A stretch of 64,000 bases of DNA. Source: Octopus bimaculoides (taxonomy: Eukaryota). Location of the stretch: contig NC_068982.1 of the NCBI RefSeq assembly GCF_001194135.2, positions 145,294,233 to 145,358,232 on the forward strand, read 5' to 3'. Below, one piece after another: positions 26,238 to 39,777 of the stretch. Within the stretch, counting starts at the first letter, position 1, and each line of letters starts with the position of its first letter. Both the position numbers and the translations under genes were made by a program. The notes under the pieces were generated by a model. It worked only from the letters and a program-made list of their open reading frames with translations, was not told the DNA's origin and made no database searches.

Positions 26238-27330
26238 TACAGGGTGTTCAGACAAATCAAACGATTTTTTATGTCTCTTTTCTTTTTCAGGAACAGCAGA
26301 ATGACTTGCTGAGCACTCTACAATGTTAGAGAGTAAAAAGATTAAAATTGTAGCCGAATAAAAATTAGCTGACGTGTGCACTGGAAGCCATCTGAATATT
26401 GGAAAAGATTTACCTATATCATAATGATTCGAGCCGGCTATCAAAAATGCAGCGTAATGAGTGCTGCTCAATGCTCTAAGAACAATGTAAATGCTGTAAT
26501 ACGTGACGTAGACAGCTGCAACATGAAGCCGTGGCATTAGGAAAGGACACAGAAAGCGTCCTGACGATGGGATCATGATGGAAATCGTCCCCACATTCTG
26601 AACCAGACTTTAGGCTTAATTGAGGGGGCTGTGTGAAGTTGCTGGAGACTGTGGTCAATTTCTGGATGGAGAGGGTTGCTGCAAGCAGGCCCTATGAGTG
26701 GCAGCAGGATTCAGCTTCGGTATTATTTGATTCTTCCACTCGCAGGATTTTCACTAAGAAAAAAAAAAAAACTCGAATTTTTTGCGTGGAATCAAGTACT
26801 CTGACCTCCTCATATGCTGCAAACCCTTTATTTTTGTTCGGAAAAGGGGGGGTGGAGAAACTAGAACCCCTTTTTTCCGAACAAAAATAAGAGGTTTGTG
26901 CATGTATGTCAGGGTAATTGATTCCACGCAAAAACTCCGGGTTTTTTTTTCTAAGTGAAAATCGTACAAGTGAAAGGATCAAACTTTACCTCAGCTTCTT
27001 GCTATATCACTGGAAAGTAGCTGTGAGAGAATGTCTACTTCACCAGCCCAAATGTCTGGCCTCCCAATTGCCCAAATTTTAAGCTCTTGGATGAGACGCA
27101 GTGTAGAAAGCTGTTCAACGTTCTACCTGCGAGAAAAATGCCGATCTGGTAGTCAAGATCAAGGTTGTATTCAGAGATATTTCCAGGAAGACAGTGAAGA
27201 ACGCAAGCACCAGATACTCGAGCTGTCTCGAAGCTAAGAGCTGCTATTCTGGGTAAACTATTATCATTATCACTCACCCATAATCTAGTCGATATCTTTG
27301 ATGTTTTAAAATACTCAGAATGACCACTCT
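26238..27330 (+). mobile_element. Decayed Tc1/mariner-superfamily transposon, maT (DD37D)-like, internally deleted, 3' TIR not found
   Basis: Starts TA+CAGGGTGTTCAGACAAA. Pseudo-ORF 26424-27256 gives MIRAG...AAQCS, KLLETVV..WMERVAASRPYEWQQDSA and FTSPNVWPPNCP. After removing the MITE the D-to-D spacing counts 33 in this decayed copy, so the DD37D label rests on recalled family similarity. Confidence 0.8.
26719..26990. mobile_element. 272-bp palindromic MITE with an 8-bp TSD (Merlin-like ends)
   Basis: TSD TCAGCTTC at 26711-26718 and 26991-26998. Ends GGTATTATTTGATTCTTCCACTCG versus reverse-complemented GGTAAAGTTTGATCCTTTCACTTG. Arms pair almost to the centre. Confidence 0.9.
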
Positions 27331-27466
27331 TCAATGACTGTCACAAGTAAAAGATATATATATGTATATATATATATTGGCGATAACTATTAATTTCCAG
27401 TACCGCTGCCGTAGTCTCCTTTAGAGAGACTTAGCGATATTAATCTCTCTCTCTCTCTCTCTCTCT

Positions 27467-27524
<58 letters not shown>

Positions 27525-27533
27525 NNNNNNNNN

Positions 27534-27690
27534 NGTGTAAATAACAAAAGTATATATTAGTATGACGCTCGGGAATACGGAAAGTCTTTGACGTTTCGAG
27601 CTACGCTCTTCAACAGAGAGAATACGGAGACAAGGAGAAAAACACGGAGAACAAAAATTGAATAGTGTTCAGTCAACGGTCAATCATAAT
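27534..27690 (-). mobile_element. Penelope-like terminal repeat remnant with a hammerhead-like motif
   Basis: Minus strand 27620-27584: CTCT-CTGTTGA-A-GAGC-GTA-GCTC-GAAACGT-C-AAAG. Confidence 0.5.
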
Positions 27691-28559
27691 AATATATATA
27701 ACCCTGGCTACCAACCGTGAAATATAAAATAATTTTTTTCAGCTTATCGTATTTCGATACTAGAAAATTCACAACCTTCTGCACCAGTAAACCGCTATTG
27801 TTCATGGAAGCTGTTTTTTTTTATATATAGATACAAATAAAATGTAATCTATTTTCGAAAACAGAGACACAATTAGAACAGGAGAAATATTGGGTAGATT
27901 ACCCTCACAAAGAAAAAATTATCAACAATCGAACTCATAGCTCTTGAAGACACCGGGCAAGTATTTTACCATTATGCTAAACTGCTCGCTGACAAATCAA
28001 AGTGCTTTTTAGACTCTTTGAAAGCTAAATGTACGACCACATGTATATATATAAACAAATTAACATTTATTTATATTTACATACACGTTATTTTCTAATA
28101 TTTCCTACGAATTGCTTGAAGCTCACTTTCTTTCCCCACTTCGATCCTTGGCTCATACATTTATATATGTATATATGTATATATATATATATGTATGTAT
28201 ATNNNNNNNNNNNNNNNNNNNNNNNNNNNNNNNNNNNNNNNNNNNNTATATATATATATATATATATATATATTCATGTGTGAATGTTTTAACATTCAAT
28301 ATGGCTGCCACTCGGAATGGAGGCTGCTCTGGAAATATGCCTATACTTCATTGTTATACGGTTCTATATAGACACTTCTTGATCCCAACACCCTTGACCA
28401 TACGGAACATCCAGAATCTGTGAGATAAAAGGAGAGACGGCTTACCCAGCCTTCGGCTGAGTCTTCTTACAGCTGAATATACTGTAGCAGCATAAGGAAG
28501 TAATGTGTATTGCCCAAGCACACAGAGCAACCAGTCATCGGGTAGCTATATATATATGA

Positions 28560-28628
<69 letters not shown>

Positions 28629-29618
28629 TGTATGTATGTATGTATGTATGTATAGAGTGTTAGGTGTGGTGTACAGGAATTGAATGTTGAGAAAAAAGTG
28701 GTCAGGATTTTGGAAAAAAATATTCTTATTTCTTCATTACTATCAATGCTTTCGTTCGTTTCTCGAACTTGTGAAATTAAATTTTGTGAATGTACAAACA
28801 GCTTGTTTATTTATATAAAACAGATGTTTAGAAGAGAACATTGTTTTTGTTTTTTGGGGGTGAGGTTCCATAACAATGGAGATAGATAGATAGATATAAA
28901 TATAGTTAGGTACATAGGCTGATAGATAGATAGATAGATAGATAAATAGATAAAGAGATAGATAGTCAGACAGATAGGTAGAGTGAGGGAGAGAGAGAAG
29001 GGGGTTCCCCCTTTCCTATTCACCATTCATTAATTTATTTAGTCATTTACACTTGTATTGGAACGGGTGACCTCTTGTTTTAGTATAATATATGGATTCA
29101 TAGAATTCTGTGTCAATCACAGAAAGGTCCGGTAGTGGACCTGGCTATGATGGTACATAGTATTACAGTATGGAGGCGTAGAATGCAGAGTTCTATGCAG
29201 AAGATCCAAACGATCCAAACGATTATTTCATGAAGAGTATATACGCCGTAAGATGTCACGAGGTATGTCGGGTGAAAACATTTATTTTAGTACTTGGTAT
29301 CTTTAGGATTACGGCCGTTTCGAAGTCTTTATCATGCAATAATATTTTCAGTGTAGACGAAATTATTTTGCACCAATATGCATGCTACGCATTGTACAAT
29401 GTTATTTTTCATTTACAAATCAATCAAGATAAAGAAGACAAGCTCTTCATCATGGTTTATATTGATTTTTCAACTGAGGCTGAAGCATTGTTGTCACCAC
29501 ATACATACATAAACCCGAAAACTCGTCTTCAGTAAATATACAGAATGCTGATAATAAATTTGTAAAATCTGAAGAGACCTCACAAATTAGAGAAATTGCT
29601 GATTTATATAAAATTCAA

Positions 29619-29729
<111 letters not shown>

Positions 29730-30017
29730 ACACTCCTACATCGCTACATTATATGATATTAATACCTTCACAAAACATCTGAAAGAAACGAAACAAAGAA
29801 AACCCACAAAAATAGCTAGAACCTTCAGTATTGAGAAAGGATTGACATCTTAATCCCACACGAAACATTTTATCACTTTAAAATATCACATTAAAAATAG
29901 TTCAGCTGCCGAGCTCTGTGATACATAAATCTTTCAAAACAGGCACCAAAATAGAAAGTCAGTCTATAATTAATCCTTACAAAAATTCTGAGGATATTGC
30001 TATTTCAATATTGTTAA

Positions 30018-30230
30018 GGCGGCGAGCTGGCAGAATCGGTAGCACGCCTGGCGAAATGCTTAGTGGTATTTCATTTGTCTTTACGTTCTGAGTTCAAATT
30101 CCGCTGAGGTCGACTTTGCCTTTCATCCTTTCGGAGTCGATAAATTAAGTACCAGTTGCGTACTGGGGTCGATCTAATCGACCTGCCCCCTCCCCCGAAA
30201 TTTGGGCCTTGTGCCTAGAGTAGAAAAAGA
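30018..30230 (+). mobile_element. Full-length tRNA-headed SINE, family A (reference copy for this window)
   Basis: GGCGGCGAGCTGGCAGAATCG (A-box-like), GAGTTCAAATTCC (B-box-like), body GTCGACTTTGCCTTTCATCCTTTCGG, tail GGCCTTGTGCCTAGAGTAGAAAA. At least eight homologues in the window. Confidence 0.9.
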
Positions 30231-31863
30231 TGTCATATATCGTTCTTCCATAGATTTTGTGTATATATTTTGGAGTTTAATGACACAATTAACTTTTTCC
30301 AAAGCTGTCAGCGCATCGTCAAAGCATCTGATATTGAAATAACATTTCAGGGTAGATGAACCATTCTCTTTTGTAAAAAATACTGGATACAAAAGAAAAA
30401 TACTGAACCATTTGTTGACTGCAGAAGTGAACAACCTCGTGGTACTATTTACACTATAGCGCCGTTAATCATAACATTTCCTTTCGTATCTGTTATGTCC
30501 ATTCAAGTAACACTAAATCTAAAACAGGTTAGACAAAATACAGTTAATTGCAATTATATTAATAGAAACATAGGCTTATTACATGGAAAACGATTAAATG
30601 GGAGTTGTTATACTGTGCGGCAATTAGTACCGATCTTTAAACTCATCACCTTTTTACATGCATAGGATTAACTGCTAGTTCATTTGAAAATCGATTTACT
30701 GATCAAAACCACTCTTAATAGCAGAAAAAGAAAAACCACTACTATCTTTGATGTGCAAAAAAAAAAGAAGTCTGATATTCTACATAATATAATTTGGAAA
30801 ATATCACATGCCAAACTATACCAATCAAACAACCCAAAAATAAATAACGAAAACAGCATACAAATGCCAGCATTGTGGCACAGAATATTATTAAAGCCTT
30901 TTATCCAAACAAAGGACATACTGAACTGATACCATTTTATAGTCATCGAGCATAGAGGACTGAAATATTATAACCCCCCATTAATTTTACTAATAGATAG
31001 CCATCTTCGTATACGTCACTAAATCCAATATTACTTATACACAATCCGCTTTTGTATCGTTACGTAAAGACACGATCGATTAGTTCCCGTTTCCATCGTA
31101 TCTATTTTCGACAATTGTATATATTTCATATGAATGTAATGCATATAACTACATTTAAATTCAATGGTTAGAAATTCAGAATATATATGTATTTGAAAGT
31201 TAAAAAGCAACTACAAAAAAAAGTATGCATACGTGATTGTCAAGGGGTAATGTATTTGCATATTTTTTTGCTTTTATATTTATATTGCTTACATACCCAT
31301 TTTAAAAGNNNNNNNNNNATATATGTGTCAATATATATATATACACACACGCATACTTATATGATATATGTTACACGTTTATATTAAATGTACGCTTATC
31401 TACAGAGGTATCTGTACATGTACGTGTCTGTATGTGTAAGCGTGTGCGTTCAGCTTTAAGCGCGAATATAATTGTAACTTGTTTTATTCCTTTTTTTCAC
31501 ATGTAATTGTTGGGAGCCTGTATTCGGGAATTGTGGCCTTAAGGCTTCAACCAGCTATACATTTTCTACTCTAGTGTTTCATTTATGCATTTCTAAGGTA
31601 TTTGGAAAATTTGTACTACCCATAAATATAATAATACGAAACAGTTTCTACAGGAGCCCAAATTTAATTAGGAACTCGAGGACAAGTAGATACACCCCCA
31701 CAGCGCTATCGAACGCGCCCACCCAAGCAGCATATTGTGACATTCCTCGAACCATAGTTTCTTATTTAATTTTAGATTGTCAGTAGATTAATTTCACACC
31801 ACTCACTTTCGTCGTGCTCTTTCTAAAAGAAGAAATAATCCAACTCCAATTCCTCTTTTCCCT

Positions 31864-32080
31864 TAATATCGGTTTCAAATTCTGGCACAAGGCCAGCAGG
31901 TTTGGGGTAAGGGAATAAGTCTATTAGATTGACCCAATGTTCAATTGGTACTTATTTTATAGACCATAAAAGGATGGAAGGCAAAGTTGATCCCAGTAGA
32001 ATTTGAACTTAGAACGTAAAGACGGACGAAATGCTGCAAAGCATTTCTCCCGGCGTGCTAACGATTCTGGCAGCTTGCCG
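31864..32080 (-). mobile_element. SINE family A (tandem copy 1)
   Basis: Reverse-complement homology to 30018-30230. Confidence 0.85.
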
Positions 32081-32111
32081 AAATATTCCAACTCCCATTC
32101 CTGCTGTCATG

Positions 32112-32330
32112 TAATATCGGTTTCAAATTTTTGCGTAAGGCCAGTACTTTTAGGACAGAGGATAATCAATTACATCCACCCTAGTGCTCAACTGGTACTT
32201 ATTTTACCGACCCCGAAAGGATGAAAGGCAAAGTTGACAGTGGTGAAATATAAACTCAGACTTAAAGCGGGACGAAATGCCGCCAAGCATTTTGCCCTGT
32301 GTGCTAACGATTCTGCTAGCCAGCTGCCTT
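32112..32330 (-). mobile_element. SINE family A (tandem copy 2)
   Basis: Reverse-complement homology to 30018-30230; begins with the same TAATATCGGTTTCAAATT tail as 31864. Confidence 0.85.
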
Positions 32331-32719
32331 TCCTCTTTCCTTTAATACTAAAACGTATTACGACTACACCTCTATTGATAGAGACCGTTGTAGTCGAAGG
32401 ATAAAACAACTGAATATTGTCAGTGGGACATAAGTCGATAGATTTTTCAACTTAAAATGGCCTAACAATTACAACATAGATTTTGACCGCAAGATCTTTG
32501 TCGGGATTTGATGCGTCTTTGTGATGTACATGTTAATTCATTGGTTTTCTTATTTGTCCGAAATAGTTACTAATTTACTGGACAATTATTTTCTGAATTA
32601 GACTGGTGCCTTACCAGGATTACCTGTTGTTTAGTTACCGCTTTAAAATTGAAACTCAAAACATTTTAACTTAATAGTCCCTTGGCAGTGTGCGTGTGTG
32701 CATGAGAAAGAAAGAGAAC

Positions 32720-32800
<81 letters not shown>
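32720..32800. repeat. (GA)n microsatellite
   Basis: Direct reading. Confidence 0.95.
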
Positions 32801-32805
<5 letters not shown>

Positions 32806-35150
32806 CAGACAGACAGAGAAAGAGAGAGAAAGAGAGCGGGGGAGAGATTTTAAAAATATAATTTGATTGATTTGGCTTATGTAATACTTGGATAAAATCA
32901 CCATTTTGAAATTGTCTCTACTAATTTCATCAATACAAGTGTATGAGTAGGGGTGTGGTTATGTAGATTTTTGCATGCACATGAAATCCTTGGTATTTAT
33001 ATAACGCAAGATTTAGAAATATAATATTCATTATCTACAATAACATCTCTCAATATATCCACCAGCCGACATGCCTATAGATTTATTTGTGTTTATGTGT
33101 TTTGGTCTATCTGCTTGTGAAACTGAGTTTTTGGTCTATCAGTTTAAATATTTGACTGCATGTCGATCTGTAATATCAATACGTCTTTCTCTCTGTGAGT
33201 CTCTCCATCTGACTGACTATCTATTGATATAAAAAACGTTCTATGCATGTACTTGTCTGTTTGTTCACATATTTGTCTATTTATATTTCAATCCATCTAA
33301 CAGTTTATCTTTCTTTATGTCTATTTGTTCATGTGTGTGACTATGATATATAAAGATATAAATGGATGGAGAGATAAATAAATAGATAGACAGTTAGATA
33401 GACAGATAAAGTAATAAAGAGATGAGTGGATGGAATGATGGAAGTATGACTGGACTGATAACCACAAAAATGAATAGATAGCTAGGTATATAGATCGAGA
33501 AATAGATAAAATGTTGAACATTGCCGACAAACGCAATAGACCTAAGAGGGAGATAAGCTAGAAGACAAGTTATTTTCAAAGTTTCCAATATTATAAAAGT
33601 AATGATCTGTTTAGTACTGGGCGAGGATATGCTCCAGTTAAACCGTATTTACTTAGCGTACAGACATCAATCAAACGTCTACTTGCACAGCAGTTGACGC
33701 CACTATTTTTTTTTCATCTATATCTCTTACATGATATTTTACTTCACAGCTGGACGACTCAATAGGCAGTTGAACTACGAAGTTTCAGCAGTTCGTATCT
33801 GATTGCTTTTCGGAAAGCAGTGTTTTTCTTTTTTATTAGGAAGGAAGTGGGTGGTTATTATTGCATTTTAGCCCTTGCAGATCTCTGATTGTGTAGACCT
33901 GTAATCATAGCCATTCCATTCATGCCCATCCCGTTTTTTCCTGCGTACATATAACCTAGAAACATTATCTAAGGTATCCATTTTGAAAACATAGATTGTT
34001 AGCCAATGGAAAATTTGTTCGTTATTGCTAACAGGCCGAGCCACCACAAGATAACTCGTTGAATGGGTTGATTGGAGGGGAAAATACACTTCATTAGAGC
34101 AGAGCACCACCATTTTCTTTATTTCAGATCATTCGTCTTAAATAAGGAGTATGTCACCTTATCGCAGGACTCTGAACCTCATATCACATCGTATCGAATT
34201 TTATTTTCGTTTATTTTGTACGATTGTTCTTTTCGTATATCAAATGCTTTCTATCTTTTCTTTCTTTTCTTTTTTCGCAGTGACGAGCTTTATCTCTTCT
34301 TGAGATACAATACGCTTCCTGTTTACATTTAGCAAGATAATATAGATAGAGGGAGAGAAAACACAATGAAGAAAAAAGAAAGCGAAAACGAAGATCCCGT
34401 GAGACTTAAAAAAACATCGCGTGTAGCATAGGTTTAACACAAGCTCGCACAAATGCAATGGAAATCTGACAAGCTAAAATATAAAAGAAAGATTGATAAA
34501 TATTTGTCTCCTTAAATGCCTAAAATAATTTGTCAGCAATTAAACTGTTATATATGTGTGTGTGTACATACACGTACATACACACATGCATATATATATA
34601 TATANNNNNNNNNNNNNNNNNNNNNNNNNNNNNNNNNNNNNNNNNNNNNNNNNNNNNNNNNNNNNNNNNNNNNNNNNNNNNNNNNNNNNNNNNNNNNNNN
34701 NNNNNNNNNNNNNNNNNNNNNNNNNNNNNNNNNNNNNNNNNNNNNNNNNNNNNNNNNNNNNNNNNNNNNNNNNNNNNNNNNNNNNNNNNNNNNNNNNNNN
34801 NNNNNNNNNNNNNNNNNNNNNNNNNNNNNNNNNNNNNNNNNNTATATATATATATGTATATACATTTATACACAAGTACAAGTTCAAAATTCGTTCCTTA
34901 CACACTCACATACATACACGCACACACATATGCAAACACACACACACATACACACACACATACACACACACACACACACACACATAAGGACCCATTCTCT
35001 ATTTTCTACATTGTATTAAAAACTGACGCATTCCTATTATACATTACTTTTTTCCAATGAAATACACTTTCTCCATAATTTAAACTAATTTGTTGCACGA
35101 AGATGTGCTCTAATTTCTTGTACTAAATATATTATATGTATTTCATCTAT

Positions 35151-35197
<47 letters not shown>

Positions 35198-35526
35198 GCA
35201 CACACACACATACACACGTATATTATATATGTTCGATAAATTTGATAAATGCAATGCACGTTTATCCCGCCATTTCAATCGCTTTGTAATTCTCATAGAT
35301 GGTGCTCTGCTTTCCCTGTTTAGCGAAGATTAATGAGAAGTGTAGCTTTTATGGCTAACTGTCAGAGGATGTAAGTGAACTGAATATTCATTTTTAGAGC
35401 TGTCGATGTCTTTAAATAGATGTAGCAAGGAAAAAAATGATTATGAGTATTAATTAATATATCATAGGTTGACTAGGATTGAATAAGATTTTTTTTTGTT
35501 TTTACATATGTTCAGAACCGAATATG

Positions 35527-35558
<32 letters not shown>

Positions 35559-35574
35559 CATAAATGTATATCTA

Positions 35575-37062
35575 TTTTCTATTTTTTAATTTTCATAAAT
35601 TTTCCACTGAGGAGGGAGCCGGTTTCCAACAAAGATACGAGGCTCTGTCTTCGGTATGTAGTTAACACAGACAAATTCACGTTTCTAACTTGAGAAAAAT
35701 CTTGCATATTTTTCTGTTCCACTCGCAGATTGGACTTGTAATATACGAATCAGCCGGTCATTTTCTGTTTCTGAAAATCCCAGTTTATCCTGAATCTCCT
35801 TTAAGCATTTACTAATAAAACCTCGTTCGCCACTTATTATTGGTATGAATATGAATTCATAGTCTGGATATAGAATCTGGAGCTTTCGAAGCAGTTATCC
35901 ATAGATATCCACTTTTGTATTTGGTTTTGAAAAATATATTTATATCTGCGGGGCAGCTAACCTCTATGATGGTGTATAACTTTGCCTCTCTGTCCCACCC
36001 AACAATATCAGGCTTCTTATACTTACATTTGACAGAAGTTTTGCTGGAAATATTCCACCAGCATTCCCTGAGTTGGTGTTTATGAATGTATTCCACAACA
36101 AAGGGATTTTATAAGTTTATATCAGGAGAGTCTTTCTTGCGAATGGCATTGTAAATTGTTTTTGCATCAGCATCGTGCTGCATGGGGAGGGAGTAGCGTG
36201 ACGACATTTTAGGACAGCTGCTAATCACAAGCGTGATGTCTTTTAGAGAAACATGACATAGCCTACACACGCGGTTGCATGTTGGGATTACAAGAGCGTC
36301 ACTATCTCTTTTGTTCACCAGGTACTTTGTGGCAAACCCTATTCCTGGATTGCAAACGCATAGCCTTCAAAGTATGATGTTATGTAGTGGCCTTGTGTCC
36401 AAGAGAGGCCACGCTTCGTGTCAAATGTAATGGCTTCTTCAAGCTTCCGGGCAACATACCCATGCATGGTCTTTTTGTGTTATGCTGAGTGCTTTCCATT
36501 CAGGACTTCTTTGATGTAAGACAGCCCAGCTGTGTTGAGGCTGTATAGGAGATCATCAGGAAAAGAGTGTTTCTTGAGGTGATCACTGCAAACTTATACA
36601 ATGTTGCTCACTTCATTTTTGAGGACTGCATTAATATATTTATTTTTGCTGCTGTTGTTTAGTAGGTGCTGCCTGAGTGATACCAAACGGCATTCGAAGA
36701 CCATTTGCACTGATCTCAGGCCTCTACCACCTTCATATCCTCTTAAGTAGAATCTGTCAACATCACTCTTTCTATGAAAGTTCCCAGGATTTTGCCGGTT
36801 TTGATATTTATAGAGTGAATTTCCTCTATAGATCAATCAAGTATCCCAAATGTTGAAATCAGCACTGGTACTGCAAATGCATTGTGGAATATTGTCTTGT
36901 TGTAAGAGGAGAGTTCCGACAGCCTTATTTTCGTAAGTCTAGTGTAATATTCCCGAATCACTCCATTTTTACTCACAGTGCCTTCATATGATACATTTTC
37001 GTCTATGCCTTGGTCCTTGTAACATTCTTTATGTGGAATGGGAGAGATAGAGAGTCCGTTAA
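35575..37062 (-). mobile_element. 5'-truncated R4/Dong-clade (restriction-like endonuclease) non-LTR retrotransposon, pseudogenised
   Basis: RT thumb region (EYYTRL..IRLSELSSYNK...NAFAVPVL...FGILD), HRKSDVDRFYL...GGRGL, decayed CCHC knuckle CRLC...VISSCP...HD, RLE motif KPDIVGWD...IIEVSCPAD.N, stop near 35677 and a short 3' UTR. Confidence 0.85.
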
Positions 37063-37076
37063 TGTATGTATATATG

Positions 37077-37110
<34 letters not shown>

Positions 37111-37163
37111 TGTATGTATGTATGTATGTATGCATGTATGTTATATCTAGCTGTCTGTCTGTA

Positions 37164-37207
<44 letters not shown>

Positions 37208-37269
37208 AATCTTCTATCTATCATACACACACATGCACACACACACACGCACGCACACACACACACACA

Positions 37270-37301
<32 letters not shown>

Positions 37302-37429
37302 TTGAAATATGAATTTAAACGGGTGATTAAATTTCCAAATGGCTACTGATAGTAATTTTGGAAAGGATGCATTCCTGTAAGATGATGTCTTTTCGTATAT
37401 GTAGTTAATTTACAGAAACCCAGGAATCA

Positions 37430-37491
37430 TTTGGTGGTCTGTATCAGCATATCCTCTTTATCCTTCCTTTGGAGGAACAAACACAGATACA

Positions 37492-37539
<48 letters not shown>

Positions 37540-37676
37540 TACGACGGGCTTCTTTCAGTATCCGTCTACCAAATCCACTCACAAGGCTTTGGTCGGCTCG
37601 AGGCTATAGCAGAAGATACTTGTCCAAGGTGCCACGCAGTGGGACTGAACCCGGAACTTACCACATAGCCACGCTA
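37430..37676 (-). mobile_element. SINE family B (head and CORE-like part)
   Basis: GACGGGCTTCTTTCAGT...CCAAATCCACTCACAAGGCTTTGGTCGG...CCAAGGTGCCACGCAGTGGGACTGAACCCGG, homologous to 3146-3260. Confidence 0.85.
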
Positions 37677-38406
37677 TAATGAAAAGATATATAGACCATG
37701 CTGGGGTGCCATGAGAAGTGGTTAGTTCTGACGTGTCGGTCAATCTTCCTCTTTTTGCGTGTTATTGACAGGTATTCAGTTACTACTATTAAATGAATTA
37801 TTCCTAGTCTGTAGGTGAAGGATAATCATATGTAATACGTATTCTGCTTTCCATAAATGAGTAAATAAATAAATAAATAAATGCGTGTCGGTGAGGTGGT
37901 GTAAAGTGAAGACCCTAGAAAAATCAGGTAGCGGCACAGTGTTGCAAATTCGACTGTTCGGAAGGTTATCTCTTGTTCTATGGCGTTTGCTTATTGATTA
38001 AAAGAAACACTGTTTATTTCACCTGGCTTGTGTTGTTAAAGGGAGCGCGTACTGTATTATAACTAGTGAGTGTACTTTCATATGTTAACAGAGAACATGG
38101 TATAGTTGTATAGTTATTCTCTCATCCATAATGAAAATATGTACTGCATTATTAATAAGAACATAAATATTGAAAGAGAGAGAAAGAGAGTCTGTGGGAG
38201 GTAGAAACAGAGGAATGTATAAATGTGTACATTTGATATATACATACGAAGAAACGTGCGTGCGCGCCCACGCACACACGCACACACACGTTCATACATG
38301 TATGTATGTATATATACAAGAAAACATACAGACAAACGCATACACACATGTATATGTGTGTATGTTTGTATGTGGGTATGTGTGCATGTATGTGCATGTG
38401 CGTGCA

Positions 38407-38458
<52 letters not shown>

Positions 38459-39047
38459 NNNNNNNNNNNNNNNNNNNNNNNNNNNNNNNNNNNNNNNNNN
38501 NNNNNNNNNNNNNNNNNNNNNNNNNNNNNNNNNNNNNNNNNNNNNNNNNNNNNNNNNNNNNNNNNNNNNNNNNNNNNNNNNNNNNNNNNNNNNNNNNNNN
38601 NNNNNNNNNNNNNNNNNNNNNNNNNNNNNNNNNNNNNNNNNNNNNNNNNNNNNNNNNNNNNNNNNNNNNNNNNNNNNNNNNNNNNNNNNNNNNNNNNNNN
38701 NNNNNNNNNNNNNNNNNNNNNNNNNNNNNNNNNNNNNNNNNNNNNNNNNNNNNNNNNNNNNNNNNNNNNNNNNNNNNNNNNNNNNNNNNNNNNNNNNNNN
38801 NNNNNNNNNNNNNNNNNNNNNNNNNNNNNNNNNNNNNNNNNNNNNNNNNNNNNNNNNNNNNNNNNNNNNNNNNNNNNNNNNNNNNNNNNNNNNNNNNNNN
38901 NNNNNNNNNNNNNNNNNNNNNNNNNNNNNNNNNNTTAATTATTTTTGAAGATATTCAAAATCCTTATGCCTGCTGTAGCTGCAGCCTTCAATGACATCAA
39001 CGACAAAAAACAAAAAACAAAAAACAAAAGAAAAACGCCGTAATTTT

Positions 39048-39049
<2 letters not shown>

Positions 39050-39078
<29 letters not shown>

Positions 39079-39079
39079 C

Positions 39080-39118
<39 letters not shown>
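39050..39118. repeat. (GTA)n microsatellite
   Basis: Direct reading. Confidence 0.95.
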
Positions 39119-39119
<1 letters not shown>

Positions 39120-39487
39120 ATCGTTGTGGTCCTTGCTTATAGATTTGTTTAAAGGGGTTGTGGTGGTGATTATAGAATTTTCTGTTTTTTCCATGTACAA
39201 TCTAATCGTGAAATTTGGCCTACATTATACAGTATATACTGGCCCATTTTGTTTTAAACAATAAGTTGGTACGAGTGAGAGATTGATCTGCTATTTACCT
39301 AGTGCCAACGTACCCCATAAGCATTTCTTTGAAATTCTGTTGAAATACTTTTTGGATATATATGATTAAATAGTTTCTGAATGTAGGTGGAGTTGCGAAA
39401 TCAATTTCATAAAAAGTAGGCCAAAGGTATTAAGAACAAAACGAAGAATGTGAGAAAGTATCTCAAAATGAAAATATTACTCGTAAA

Positions 39488-39522
<35 letters not shown>

Positions 39523-39777
39523 AACCTGTTTTCTGAAAACGTTCTTGATAATCTTTGCTGTCCTTAAGAAGCAAACTTTCCGGAGATTCTATTCTAATTT
39601 CTTTCAACGAATTGTCTACATCTTTGCTTCTAATTCCCAATATACCAATTACTACAGGCACAGCCTTCCAATTTTAATGAATTGTATTTTTAAAATATGT
39701 CATTCTCTTTCTTTACAATCTGGAATCAAACAGATATGATGGATCAATTACTAAGCAACTTTTTTCTTCTCTATTAA

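Noticed and set aside
29123-29262. Candidate exon bounded by CAG and GTATGT
   Set aside because: All three frames contain stops across the interval, and the acceptor has a weak pyrimidine tract.
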